Source: Giardia intestinalis
Taxonomy: Eukaryota
Assembly: GCA_000002435.2 (NCBI GenBank)
Contig: CM018793.1
Direction: 5' to 3' (one strand)
DNA: 64,000 nt
The notes under the pieces were generated by a model that saw nothing but the letters and a program-made list of their open reading frames with translations, was not told where the DNA came from and did not search any database. Each line of letters opens with the position of its first letter. Position 1 is the first letter of the stretch. Made by a program: the position numbers and the translations under genes. This document shows, piece by piece, positions 43,001 to 50,897 of this stretch.

Positions 43001-44266
43001 ACAAAGGTAAGACATAGGATCTGCACGACTGGGGGAAGACTTGTTCTTTGATGCTGCCAGAATGGCTGATGTGCTGATAAGCCTTTGCTCTTCCGCTTTG
43101 TATGCTTCATGGTGTGAGATATCAGGCTCTAGACCACCAGACCTTGTGCGCAGCCCAAGTCCCACTGAAGGAGGAACAATATTTTTTGCGACAACAGACA
43201 CAGGGTCCCTAAGATGCTTAGAACGAGTAGACTGATAGAGGACCTCACACGGATCATCAAGTCCCGTTACCCGCGTGATTGTTTCTGCACTTCTGTTCAC
43301 AGAAGAAATACTCTTTGCTTTTATAGTTTTCTGGCGTTTAGTGGCCTCACAATCCTTATAGTACTGTAGCTCGCGGCGAGCCATTTCTGTAGCAAACTCT
43401 TCAGCGGCCTTTTTAGAAAGAAGTAACTGCTTTTTCCGTGCTTTAATATAGGTTGCTAATAATCTCTTTTGGTCTTCTTCTCGGAACTTTTTATAAACAT
43501 TGTCAGTGGTCACAATTCCATGCTCGATATTTGCAGCAATTTGCTCGTGGAATGCAGTGATTTCCTTGAGTCTCTGAGCCGTTCGTTTGTCTTCCTCATC
43601 AAGACGTCGCTGGACTCGTATGGAGTGTTCAGAATTGATTTTCTTTATTGTTTCCATTAGGTGAGCAAATGCGTTTTCTCTCTTTTGTTCTGCTTCAAGT
43701 ATGGCTTTGTCATACAGCTGTTGAATCTCCCTCGCCTTGCTAAGACGAGCACCATATTTGTCTAAGAATTCTCTATGTGCCTGTTTGGCTGCAGCTGTGC
43801 TATCCCTTGTCATAGGCCCATAGCTCTGTCCCTGGGAGGAGATGATATTGGATTTAGCAATGCTTCTGAGTGAAAGGCCTCCTGGCACCACTGCATCATG
43901 CTCAGGCATACTAGTTAAATCCTTCCTGTCTTTATGAGAGTGCGATCCCGTTGTAACAAGATCTCCCATTGCCCTCTTTGACTCCTTTAGCCGAGCCTCG
44001 TGAGCCGCCAGCTCCCGTTCTTCTCGGTCTACTTCTGTCATCAGCCTCTCCAAAAGATTATGCATATGTTCTATCTTATAGATTAGTGAGGAAAATTCTG
44101 AGTATAGATCGGAAAAGCGTTCATCAAAACTGTCACTGGGTCCAGATTGCAGGCCCAGTTCTACATTATGAAATTCTGTCGACACACGCTCATACTCCTT
44201 CCATAATGCCTCGTAGCGTGAGTACTCTTGGGACAGCCGTGAATTTATAACAGCCAATCGTGCCAT
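37025..44266 (-). CDS. Giant hypothetical protein (2413 aa) with an N-terminal coiled-coil region; possible cytoskeletal/flagellar component
   Basis: Single uninterrupted 7.2-kb ORF. The N-terminal about 500 aa is coiled-coil-like; the remainder is mixed beta/alpha with no recognised catalytic motifs. It overlaps the 3' end of the convergent transporter-like gene by 14 bp. Confidence 0.75.
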   Translation of the reverse strand: MARLAVINSRLSQEYSRYEALWKEYERVSTEFHNVELGLQSGPSDSFDERFSDLYSEFSSLIYKIEHMHNLLERLMTEVDREERELAAHEARLKESKRAMGDLVTTGSHSHKDRKDLTSMPEHDAVVPGGLSLRSIAKSNIISSQGQSYGPMTRDSTAAAKQAHREFLDKYGARLSKAREIQQLYDKAILEAEQKRENAFAHLMETIKKINSEHSIRVQRRLDEEDKRTAQRLKEITAFHEQIAANIEHGIVTTDNVYKKFREEDQKRLLATYIKARKKQLLLSKKAAEEFATEMARRELQYYKDCEATKRQKTIKAKSISSVNRSAETITRVTGLDDPCEVLYQSTRSKHLRDPVSVVAKNIVPPSVGLGLRTRSGGLEPDISHHEAYKAEEQRLISTSAILAASKNKSSPSRADPMSYLCKDPFYDMLPKNTTPANTTTQVAADLQEATRTSSKEQRRPSPTQVPARGKGADAKKEVREIDFDAWPSSDDDNEVALAYDHAPPPPPESFSTTKRDKTNTQKLPVAKPIVSSQASERLGAKKLASSHLRKLKTLDMPCAIQTQTVMSSHLSSSSAFLCHPSAVIFFDYAPGQSKSFVIQVTNVSAGLAAFKVLEPEPQVLHLLKFTYTPSGFMASGAKTSVTIIFTPPLNEKACLTVIDTSLTIKYQTGELHVPITCYPRQIAILILKNLELVRKVYEISISLRNSSPETLATKATLIHTNINGAIISDLGATLSQTMNLSSLALNKDGGRELITLATPPHGVSQEAFYLSNSGALPALVRIRLDACALHSSLLGIPVPQTILTGSLTEIQQIANDNVKAHSTSRPFSMEKQLSEQMHLTFDAQSSSPSTLRGSMSRRKGMLLDRTIPQTFRSTSVSIDTVYSYMQQATRSTSPRIPSKLYSTDEVETRHREVEAYVSALNKRVEEILASNTPAEVNPPAAKSLVARQRSPKAGLIQQKQTHSTDNDTTVVPNITRDDAIDVAITELGPQPEELSTELMVEALSNISVTGHNESARTAPLLQIGTPFLAFYEGKAFHFEPYFARLKKEKLKDILSENLQAITAQLEDERRAYEKSLEQPVALQKGNGGTANSSTNKGGGRPPSTRGTKDVLTTNDQQSSKEDTASNTLLDPVFFKSELDRRVKEKTETDMTAWAQAYNVANDLLEYTVHSNIELSIVLPPMSIVALPVVHSPLRFLLDMILKLNLTVKPIFPCLDKSDDDYAVLQSSGEFTNTLLVNAYTLQSGVYALSSSIDYLTCFYNSTYSSEIRLRSVDNNSRPITVFVPTLMKTICSSNVSETIICKTTGDLHIKVSLLCESKAELMRILNQVEQYQELVDYTDLEYTIKENRRPPATKCPLESWADIFISGVDQYAPTLPSVVLGDDVRALNEQLKQQLQELDSLLNYQQELETKLATLLQKKQAVEDALRDADDSKPSSTLGSGRAKELAKAVEKKTPSKSKTTSSTSSQEEFQRLTLECDQLSSNLQTIRDQDLPLLQGRVANAKAELRNLSSVGGYISCSFNILIRVSGQPEPILVRLSTCFTSSELLVKLPYTHPSASEESASIRAKSSVLSQVTKTVRTMRTVGTLATRANRTLTEGYLTINDTLDLQDRSSVNLGEIALWHVTNVPVIVRNSSALPQHVALLTKPVPDVSLLAGPDNGTILLYPGQEVRMHLGILPNNAKKFQVKCSIESEFGYIKNFTICATSMQPSLLCQSSMDIFRMSVTDILRVEQIYLRSTVNMPKKWSISPAFLQFMETNFNGFLSIKPTAGVVAAQSIYRMSVTINTSASLLVRLLSFLDDQHADEALKDLLDLSQTSRPISATAVSPSHNALETYTAEPSPNTSAVLGTSSTTDIINYLTKKNQFLYIQRRHLDPSVLLPDNSSILSDSDVSVENDPTTTDLVNTEEGKQKKLDSNEMVQSKKQIFVDQHLTINIPIMTEDAASPFLVCPLNLLIARPIIVIAPVPNRLCDELDVAPDDAILIPPLTFKEDLNSTEGTTSSALLTANGGSLQVVTQGIPEDPITKQMPALAESKYVANLLRQEALKLPTILAHNQSLITLNFGYVPLGCVSNRSAVISLNESLPFYDREQYYGDHFQFRRQLEEAFDSDIILTSCLEEASMTAQKPLTLHFEYSPRRVGYTEETIELSSSSLLTSQRLNNVILKLKGYGVKVTLAVTLDSSSSLVQTDFPLPDIYTASQSDVIYTESPPILIVDTSETYTHLIALTLSNENKYDFKYNVKYHECSENISQTAIASEGVVPKGSSIMTKILIGVFGVTEANGSLAVTEIVSGDAKKLVICRCFASRHPVSMYFIGPVVTVPLQGSTKIYCGCAIEQPQAEFKHISTSPQLLDLVISPASGTVQAGKMAKMTLSVPKLAFSGALSLTMEGYISFKLTCGSFEKTAILPVRITLN

Positions 44267-44701
44267 TGCACAACTTTTTAATTACTTCTCTTTGTATCTC
44301 AAATTTTAGGAGGACCAGCTACTCTAGCTATGATAAGTATTTCGATGAAGTTAGGACATGTGTTTTCTATGCCATCTTTTCTAAGGGATACTCTCACAAA
44401 CCCGTAAGCTAATTGCAACCTACCTTTGTTTGTCCATACAAAGATAATAGATTGGCAATTCATTAAACTTTCCTTGCTAAAAAGAGCAAGAACAAAGTTG
44501 GATTGACAGATTATATGACTGTTACGTGTGGATTAGTGAGAAACTAGGCGCTAGAATCTGAAACGCATCCAGTGAAAAGATCAGCAGAAAGCGTTAGCAA
44601 GCTATCAGGATGGTCAAATTGTCTTGCTGCAATGCATCTCTCTGTGGAGTTTCAGATGAGTACAATTGCGCCAAATTTGAGAATTTGAAATAAATTTTTG
44701 A

Positions 44702-46198
44702 ATGAAAGCTCTGATCACTGATAAGGCGTACAATTGGGCAGCGCACGCTAAGTATGATGAGAAGGCAGTGTTTCAGGACCTGACTAACGATCTCAAGCGC
44801 TATCAGGCCGCGAAGCATCCAGAGGACCTTCCGCTAACGAATACTGAAAAGCAGGTTTTCCAGTCCGATGATGCGCCCAAAGCTTCTCAGAGCACTCTCC
44901 CAGCAACACCCGGGGGGACATTGTATCCTGGCGGAGTCAAAGGGGCGCAAACTATGGGTTCTGTTAGCGGGGTGACGTCCCATTCAGCTCTCCATGACGA
45001 CAAGATGACTGAAACAGTTGGTGGACTTCCATCGCTAAACAGGTCACACAGTGATACACGACCTGTGAACCATTCTGCATGCCCTACGCTCTGGGGATAT
45101 AGCCGTCAACAGGCCATCTCCAAGACAACAGCCCCGTCGATGGCCAATGCCAAGGCGAATTCTCGGAGGTTGAAGAGTCAAATAATAAATGACGCACCAG
45201 TTGGCGCTCCTCCTACATGTGTAGATTGCAACACCTTTCTAGCTGGTACTCTCGATCAGAAGTCAGGCTCCCGCGGTGGAAAGGCTACTAGAGGCTCTAG
45301 CGAGCCATCTAGCTTTGCTCTAAAGCGTGGCTACATCTATGTACCTCCCCAAATGCAGGGATCAACGGCTCCCAAGCCGATCTATGCTAAAGCAATGCTT
45401 TCGCAGACAAGCTATATTCCAGCTGCAGACTCATCGGCCGAGACCCTGTGGAGGAAGCAGTGGAATGTGTCGTGCCACCAACATGATTACACACTCAACC
45501 GGAAGGCAACAGATGGAGTCGGGCCACTTGTCCCCACATATTGGTCTGAAGCTGACTCCGGAGCAAGATTTACTGTCACATATGGCAACAAAATCGGAGA
45601 AATGCCAGAAGGAGCAGAATTTGGTCCTGTAGATAGCAAGCTTAGGTACGTTCCACGTGACGTCCCCAACGCGCCTAAATCTTCCTTCTTGACTGCTCCC
45701 GTTGGCCAGATGTTCTCTAAGACGGATAGCCTTCGCTGGGGTTTAACAGGGGGCAAGCCCTACCTTCGAAACATCACAGAAGAAAACGTACAGGACACGA
45801 TGACACTTGAGAGAGAGCTCAAATATGACGACAGAACTACGCACAGGAAGAGCTACATCCCCATGTCTGACATGGCCAAAGATGCAGCGGCGAATGACCA
45901 CGCAGAGTGTGTACGTTTATGGCGTGAGCAATACACCAAGCCATGCCCGGTACCGAAGGGTGCGCCACTTCCGATGGAAACCACCCAGCAAGTAGCCAAT
46001 AGAATAACAAGCATGAATAACGAACTTACAAGCCAGCGAGAAGAGGCCTCTCTGCGTAAAAGGCTGCAAGAGGAAACTGGAATCCTTTATAAGCCACCGT
46101 ACGCTGGTGAGTGGGCACAAGGACTTCCAGAGAGGCGAATGCATCAGCTAGATACCCTGATTCAGGCTGTGAAGCTGGACCCAGATCAAAATGAATAG
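44702..46198 (+). CDS. Hypothetical protein, 498 aa, Ser/Thr/Pro/Gly-rich N-terminal half
   Basis: Long ORF in a normal-GC region, preceded by a 430-bp intergenic region. No recognised domain. Confidence 0.6.
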   Translation: MKALITDKAYNWAAHAKYDEKAVFQDLTNDLKRYQAAKHPEDLPLTNTEKQVFQSDDAPKASQSTLPATPGGTLYPGGVKGAQTMGSVSGVTSHSALHDDKMTETVGGLPSLNRSHSDTRPVNHSACPTLWGYSRQQAISKTTAPSMANAKANSRRLKSQIINDAPVGAPPTCVDCNTFLAGTLDQKSGSRGGKATRGSSEPSSFALKRGYIYVPPQMQGSTAPKPIYAKAMLSQTSYIPAADSSAETLWRKQWNVSCHQHDYTLNRKATDGVGPLVPTYWSEADSGARFTVTYGNKIGEMPEGAEFGPVDSKLRYVPRDVPNAPKSSFLTAPVGQMFSKTDSLRWGLTGGKPYLRNITEENVQDTMTLERELKYDDRTTHRKSYIPMSDMAKDAAANDHAECVRLWREQYTKPCPVPKGAPLPMETTQQVANRITSMNNELTSQREEASLRKRLQEETGILYKPPYAGEWAQGLPERRMHQLDTLIQAVKLDPDQNE

Positions 46199-46203
46199 AG
46201 TTA

Positions 46204-47259
46204 TCATGCCAACTTCTGGTTGAGACGACAGTAGCTGTTGTAAATAGCAAGCACAAACCGCTCGAGGATACTAGAATCCGACACTCTCCGTGCTACATAC
46301 AGTCCTGCTCGTTGGTAAGCATCTCCAACAGCATGGCGGAGAGATTCGGGCACCTGTGCTTCAAAGCAAAGGCTTCTCCAAAGTTCACGAATAACATCCA
46401 AGGCAGGATAACCGATGCGAACAACAGATTTGTGTAAATACTCTATTAGAGATTCGACAGGTAAAGACACATCCGTCATCTTCTCAATGAGCGAGGCAAT
46501 AAGCTCATCCGGGATCTTCCCAGCCAAAAGGTGAACATGCTTTGGAGAAAGCTCTTCCTCCATATTCTGACAAAACTGAACTGTTGCCTGCAGCAAGGTT
46601 ATGGCAGCGCGCATATCGCCTTGGGAAAGGGTGGCCACTTCTCCAAGAGCCTCGGAAGCAGATGAGGACAGCTTTTCGTTTGCATTTCTAAGTTGGTGCA
46701 TCTCAGCATAGCAGATAGATTCAAGCCTATCGATAATTAAAGGTCGGGGCAGCGAGGAGAATGCAAAGCGTGCACAGCGTGAAACAATAGGGGCTATAAT
46801 CTGACTAGGATAGTTGCAGATGATACAGAATCTCGTGGTTTCCGAGAAGTCTTCTATGATGCGCCTCAACGCCGCCTGGGACTCTCGTGTAAGGGCGTCT
46901 GCTTCGTCAAGGATAATTACCTGGAAATCAGGACAGGGGTAAACGGCCTTTACGTCATCCGGCGCTACAGCAATCACGGTTCGTGCGATGCTCTTGATTC
47001 TCTCTCGCACGATCTTAATGCCTCTGTCGGTACTAGCGTTAAACTCACTGACCCGTGCTCGCCAGAAACGCGGGCCAAAGAATTCATGCATCATCGCGTG
47101 GATAAGCGTCGTCTTTCCCGTCCCAGCGGGTCCATACAGTAGCATATGAGGCATGTTTCCCGACTCAATACACCTCTTGGCTGCACGGACTGCGTGATCT
47201 TGGTGCATTATGCGGTCAAGCAACAGCGGTCGGTGCTTTTCAGTCCACGGCGCAGACAT
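46204..47259 (-). CDS. Replication factor C small subunit (RFC2-5 family clamp-loader AAA+ ATPase)
   Basis: RFC box II WTEKHRP, Walker A GPAGTGKTT, Walker B/DEAD IILDEAD, and the SRC motif VSRCARFAF. The 351-aa length is typical. Confidence 0.85.
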   Translation of the reverse strand: MSAPWTEKHRPLLLDRIMHQDHAVRAAKRCIESGNMPHMLLYGPAGTGKTTLIHAMMHEFFGPRFWRARVSEFNASTDRGIKIVRERIKSIARTVIAVAPDDVKAVYPCPDFQVIILDEADALTRESQAALRRIIEDFSETTRFCIICNYPSQIIAPIVSRCARFAFSSLPRPLIIDRLESICYAEMHQLRNANEKLSSSASEALGEVATLSQGDMRAAITLLQATVQFCQNMEEELSPKHVHLLAGKIPDELIASLIEKMTDVSLPVESLIEYLHKSVVRIGYPALDVIRELWRSLCFEAQVPESLRHAVGDAYQRAGLYVARRVSDSSILERFVLAIYNSYCRLNQKLA

Positions 47260-47520
47260 GGAAAGTTTTTAATTGAAGGATGTCTCTGCGTATGAAACCG
47301 GAGACCCTCCGGTGACCAAGAGCAGCTTCTATCAACGATGCTTGGCCAGCCTATGCACATGCATACGCCGGTAGAGACCAAACTGGGCTTCTGCTTGCTT
47401 TTCCCAGAACGAGACGCCGAGCCTCCACCCAGCCTGTCCCTATCATCGTTTTTTGACGAAAAGAGAATTTTTTGTTCACTTATAAGAAGGAGCTTTTATA
47501 AGTACTGAAGCATGGGCTAG

Positions 47521-49404
47521 TTAGTCCTTGGTTGCTGCTACTTTATGTCCGAAAATGTTCGGCTTTTTTCTCCGACCCTTCACAGATCCTCGGAGAGCTA
47601 TAGCGTCATACATCGTCAGAAAATCTTGAACATCTATATCCTTACTTGCTCGTGCATAGTCTAAAGCCGATTGTTTCTTGTTGTCCCGTATGGAATATTC
47701 ATAAGGGGCAAGCCACTTGACAAGCTGTAGGTGGCCATTGATGGTAGCAAAGATCAGAGCCGTCTTTCCTTCACTGTCTTGCATTCCATATTCCTCTTCA
47801 ATAAGCTCTTGGAGAACTCCTTCGCTATTCATAGCCGCTGCAATCATAAGGGCGGTAAGTCCATTTCCCGTTTGCTTCTTCATCTCTCTTAGCTTAAGGA
47901 GTCTTGCCACACGATGGTGATCCCCAGTAGCTGCTTTCATAAGCGCTGTCCAGCCCGCGTTGGTGGCTAACCCTGCTTCGTATTCAACAAGGAGCTCAAC
48001 AATAGACGTATGGCCCTGTGTTGCGGCGATGATCAAGGCGGTATCTCCAACATCGGTTGTCTTACCAGCCTCTGCTTCCAAGAGAAAGCGTACTATCTGC
48101 AGGTGATTATTCTCAGCCGCCATCATCAGGGCCGTCTTACAATCTTGATTTTGCAGGCCTACTTGGGAGTCCATGTACTGCAACACACTAGCTAAGTTAC
48201 CACTTGCTGCAGCGAGCATGAGAGGTGTATTACCATACTTATCTCTTGAGATGGATATCTGGACATCTTGAATAACTGGTAGAGATCTGACAGGGTTTAG
48301 AAGCTCTTCTTTAGTTCGCATTGCAGATGCTATACTCTTAGTTGGTGCTGCTCCGATACCGACTGAATCGTTTTGACCCTGAGTAGACAACAGATCGCTT
48401 GAAGGCATAATTTCGACGCTTTCTACAGCATGGATGGCTGCATGCCGGTCTCGGGCAAGTATTGATTTTCCTGTGACATCGACATTGGTACCAAAGACAT
48501 CCTGCACACTTGGCGCCACTGGAGCTGGCGTTTTAAGGAGGTCTACCTTTCCACTATTATATTGTTCTCCAGTTTCTTGAATCTTCGGGTAACGGAGTAG
48601 TTCGTTTGCCGCTGGTCTCTTGGAAAAATCTACGGTGAGCATCATATCGATGAAAAGACACAGCTCTTGGGAGTAGTTGTCTAGGTGCAAAGGGCGAGGG
48701 AGCTCATCTATCTGTTTTAGAACAACGTCTGTTCCCTTTCCAACAAACATCCTCTGCTTGGTGCACAGCTCATACAGTGCACATCCCAGCGCCCATATGT
48801 CTATTTTCTCGTTGTACTCCTGGCCCTTGAGAAGTTCTGGAGCCATATAGCATGTTGTTCCCACATTTGTAGTCGCCATTATTCCATCTCCTATTGTTCT
48901 GCATATACCAAAGTCAGCGAACTTGACAGTGACCTCGCCCGCCCGAAGAATATTCTCTGGTTTAATGTCTCTGTGTACGACTCGCCCCATATTCGGGCAG
49001 TTCTCCTTGAACGGGCTATGACAGTATTCAAGAGCATTGAGGAGCTGATAGGCAAAGATCCATATAGTGGACTCTGGAATATCCTTTCTCGCCCGTCTAT
49101 AGTGCTTTATGAGATCCGAAAGGTCTCCTTTGTCGCAAAATTCCATCAACATGTAATACACTTCGTTGACGGGATCTTTGTAAACGTTTGTAAAATGAAC
49201 AATGTTAGGGTGTTTCAGAGAAATTAGGAGCTTGAGCTCGTTATCTTGAATCTCTTTGTACTTGTCGGAGAGACAGCCATAGTCGATTTCCTTACAAGCA
49301 AAGATCTCATTTGTCTTGAGGCTCCTGACCTTATAAACCTTACCAAAGCCTCCCTGGCCTATAAGACCTAGGCTTTCGTAGTCCTCCATGCAGGCAGATT
49401 CCAT
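47521..49404 (-). CDS. NEK-family Ser/Thr protein kinase with C-terminal ankyrin repeats
   Basis: LGLIGQGGFGKVYKV, FACKEI, HRDIKPENIL, DFGICR and TTCYMAPE, then ankyrin units (GNTPLMLAAASGNLASVLQYM, KTALMMAAENNHLQIVRFLL, DTALIIAATQGHTSIVELLV, GWTALMKAATGDHHRVARLL, GLTALMIAAAMNSEGVLQELI, GKTALIFATINGHLQLVKWL). Confidence 0.85.
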   Translation of the reverse strand: MESACMEDYESLGLIGQGGFGKVYKVRSLKTNEIFACKEIDYGCLSDKYKEIQDNELKLLISLKHPNIVHFTNVYKDPVNEVYYMLMEFCDKGDLSDLIKHYRRARKDIPESTIWIFAYQLLNALEYCHSPFKENCPNMGRVVHRDIKPENILRAGEVTVKFADFGICRTIGDGIMATTNVGTTCYMAPELLKGQEYNEKIDIWALGCALYELCTKQRMFVGKGTDVVLKQIDELPRPLHLDNYSQELCLFIDMMLTVDFSKRPAANELLRYPKIQETGEQYNSGKVDLLKTPAPVAPSVQDVFGTNVDVTGKSILARDRHAAIHAVESVEIMPSSDLLSTQGQNDSVGIGAAPTKSIASAMRTKEELLNPVRSLPVIQDVQISISRDKYGNTPLMLAAASGNLASVLQYMDSQVGLQNQDCKTALMMAAENNHLQIVRFLLEAEAGKTTDVGDTALIIAATQGHTSIVELLVEYEAGLATNAGWTALMKAATGDHHRVARLLKLREMKKQTGNGLTALMIAAAMNSEGVLQELIEEEYGMQDSEGKTALIFATINGHLQLVKWLAPYEYSIRDNKKQSALDYARASKDIDVQDFLTMYDAIALRGSVKGRRKKPNIFGHKVAATKD

Positions 49405-49448
49405 GGAAACACTAAGAGGTCCGATTATACTTTTTTGCTTTTACCCTT

Positions 49449-50894
49449 ATGTCCTCCATGGAAGCAGAACACAAAGGATATCAGCGACGCTTCGCTACAA
49501 CATTTTGGGGTATAACTGATCTCCAAGCAATGAAGGATATGGGATATTGTGTTTGTGGAGAGCGAGAGGGAGCCACCAGGTTGATGCTCGGAGGCATTGA
49601 GGATGCACCCAGTCCGGAGACCTTGGCAGGCGTTGCAGCATACCTATCACGAGAAGCCCTTGTCGCCCTCAAGGGGAGTCACTGTTCGAAGCAGGGAACA
49701 GTGTGTAAGGTGAGATTCACTGGCACATGTACGCAGGTGTTTTGTTGTTGTAGAGCAATTGCAGATGCACTGATATCTATTCAGAGGAAGCTTTTCTACA
49801 ATAACGCACGCCTAACTCTTAACCAACAGCGCGATGCAACGAAGCAGGGCACGGAGGAGCTTTCTTTGGCAGCTTTGCATGGAAGCAAGCTTCTGCTCTC
49901 CTCCGCCATTGGCTCAGAACGTCTCTTTCCCGCCATCCATCAACTGCAATGCGTGACAGACAATCTGCAATTTACATTGGACTCCCTCAGATCAGTCGCA
50001 ATATCCATCGAGGCCACATCTCACGATCAGGAACTCAGTATTTATGGAATCTCGAAAGCAGACACGTTAGTCTCTACAGATATTCAGTTATTAGCCTTTA
50101 ATTTGTATCGTAATACAACGGATAGCGCCATACAGGCATACACAAATGCACTCATTGAGGCAGCAAAGTTACTGGAGACGGTGTTCCAATATGCCAAGCT
50201 TGTGATCAGCCCCTACCGCCTTATTTGGAATGGTGTGGCTATAGTGGCCACGCAAGATTTGTGGAGCAACACGTGCAAAAAGCTCACAGACCTACTGAAC
50301 CACACTCTAAACGGAAGCTTTACTGGTAGCATTGTAAAGTACGACAGACAACACATATTCAACGCCCATGGGAGCCTGAACAATGTGCTGGGAAACATCT
50401 ACGCTGCCAGGACACTCCCACTCTATGAGGTAGAACTAGGTTTGGATGAGGAGCTTGAGGAGCATCAGGTAGGCGTGTCTTCTATAGAGTGCTTAGCAAT
50501 CTTAAACGCTGTTGCAGATCAAGATCAACGTGACACAGAGAGCATGGAAGAGCTTGTTGCAGATCTATGGGAGTACTGTGAGTCTATAACTATCAAAGGG
50601 GCCATAATTAGCATAGCATTTTCTGGAGAATCTCCAGCACTCACGGGATTCCTAAATGAGGAATCTGGGGCCTGGGTGTCCTTTTCCGGACTTGAGCTAG
50701 AGGTGAGTCCATGTCCGTGGAAAGGCGTTTTAATTGTTCAGTTAAAGCCAGAATATCTGCAGATACTACAAGAGGGGCTGAATCGCGCCTCATACAAGGG
50801 CCGGACTCTATATGCAATCAGGATAATGTGTCCTTCTGAACTGGTCGAGCATCCACAATCAACACAGACAGACGACGAGGGGTCAACAATCTGA
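49449..50894 (+). CDS. Hypothetical protein, 481 aa
   Basis: Long ORF, snug spacing to neighbours (44 bp upstream, 3 bp downstream). No recognised domain. Confidence 0.6.
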   Translation: MSSMEAEHKGYQRRFATTFWGITDLQAMKDMGYCVCGEREGATRLMLGGIEDAPSPETLAGVAAYLSREALVALKGSHCSKQGTVCKVRFTGTCTQVFCCCRAIADALISIQRKLFYNNARLTLNQQRDATKQGTEELSLAALHGSKLLLSSAIGSERLFPAIHQLQCVTDNLQFTLDSLRSVAISIEATSHDQELSIYGISKADTLVSTDIQLLAFNLYRNTTDSAIQAYTNALIEAAKLLETVFQYAKLVISPYRLIWNGVAIVATQDLWSNTCKKLTDLLNHTLNGSFTGSIVKYDRQHIFNAHGSLNNVLGNIYAARTLPLYEVELGLDEELEEHQVGVSSIECLAILNAVADQDQRDTESMEELVADLWEYCESITIKGAIISIAFSGESPALTGFLNEESGAWVSFSGLELEVSPCPWKGVLIVQLKPEYLQILQEGLNRASYKGRTLYAIRIMCPSELVEHPQSTQTDDEGSTI

Positions 50895-50897
50895 ATC

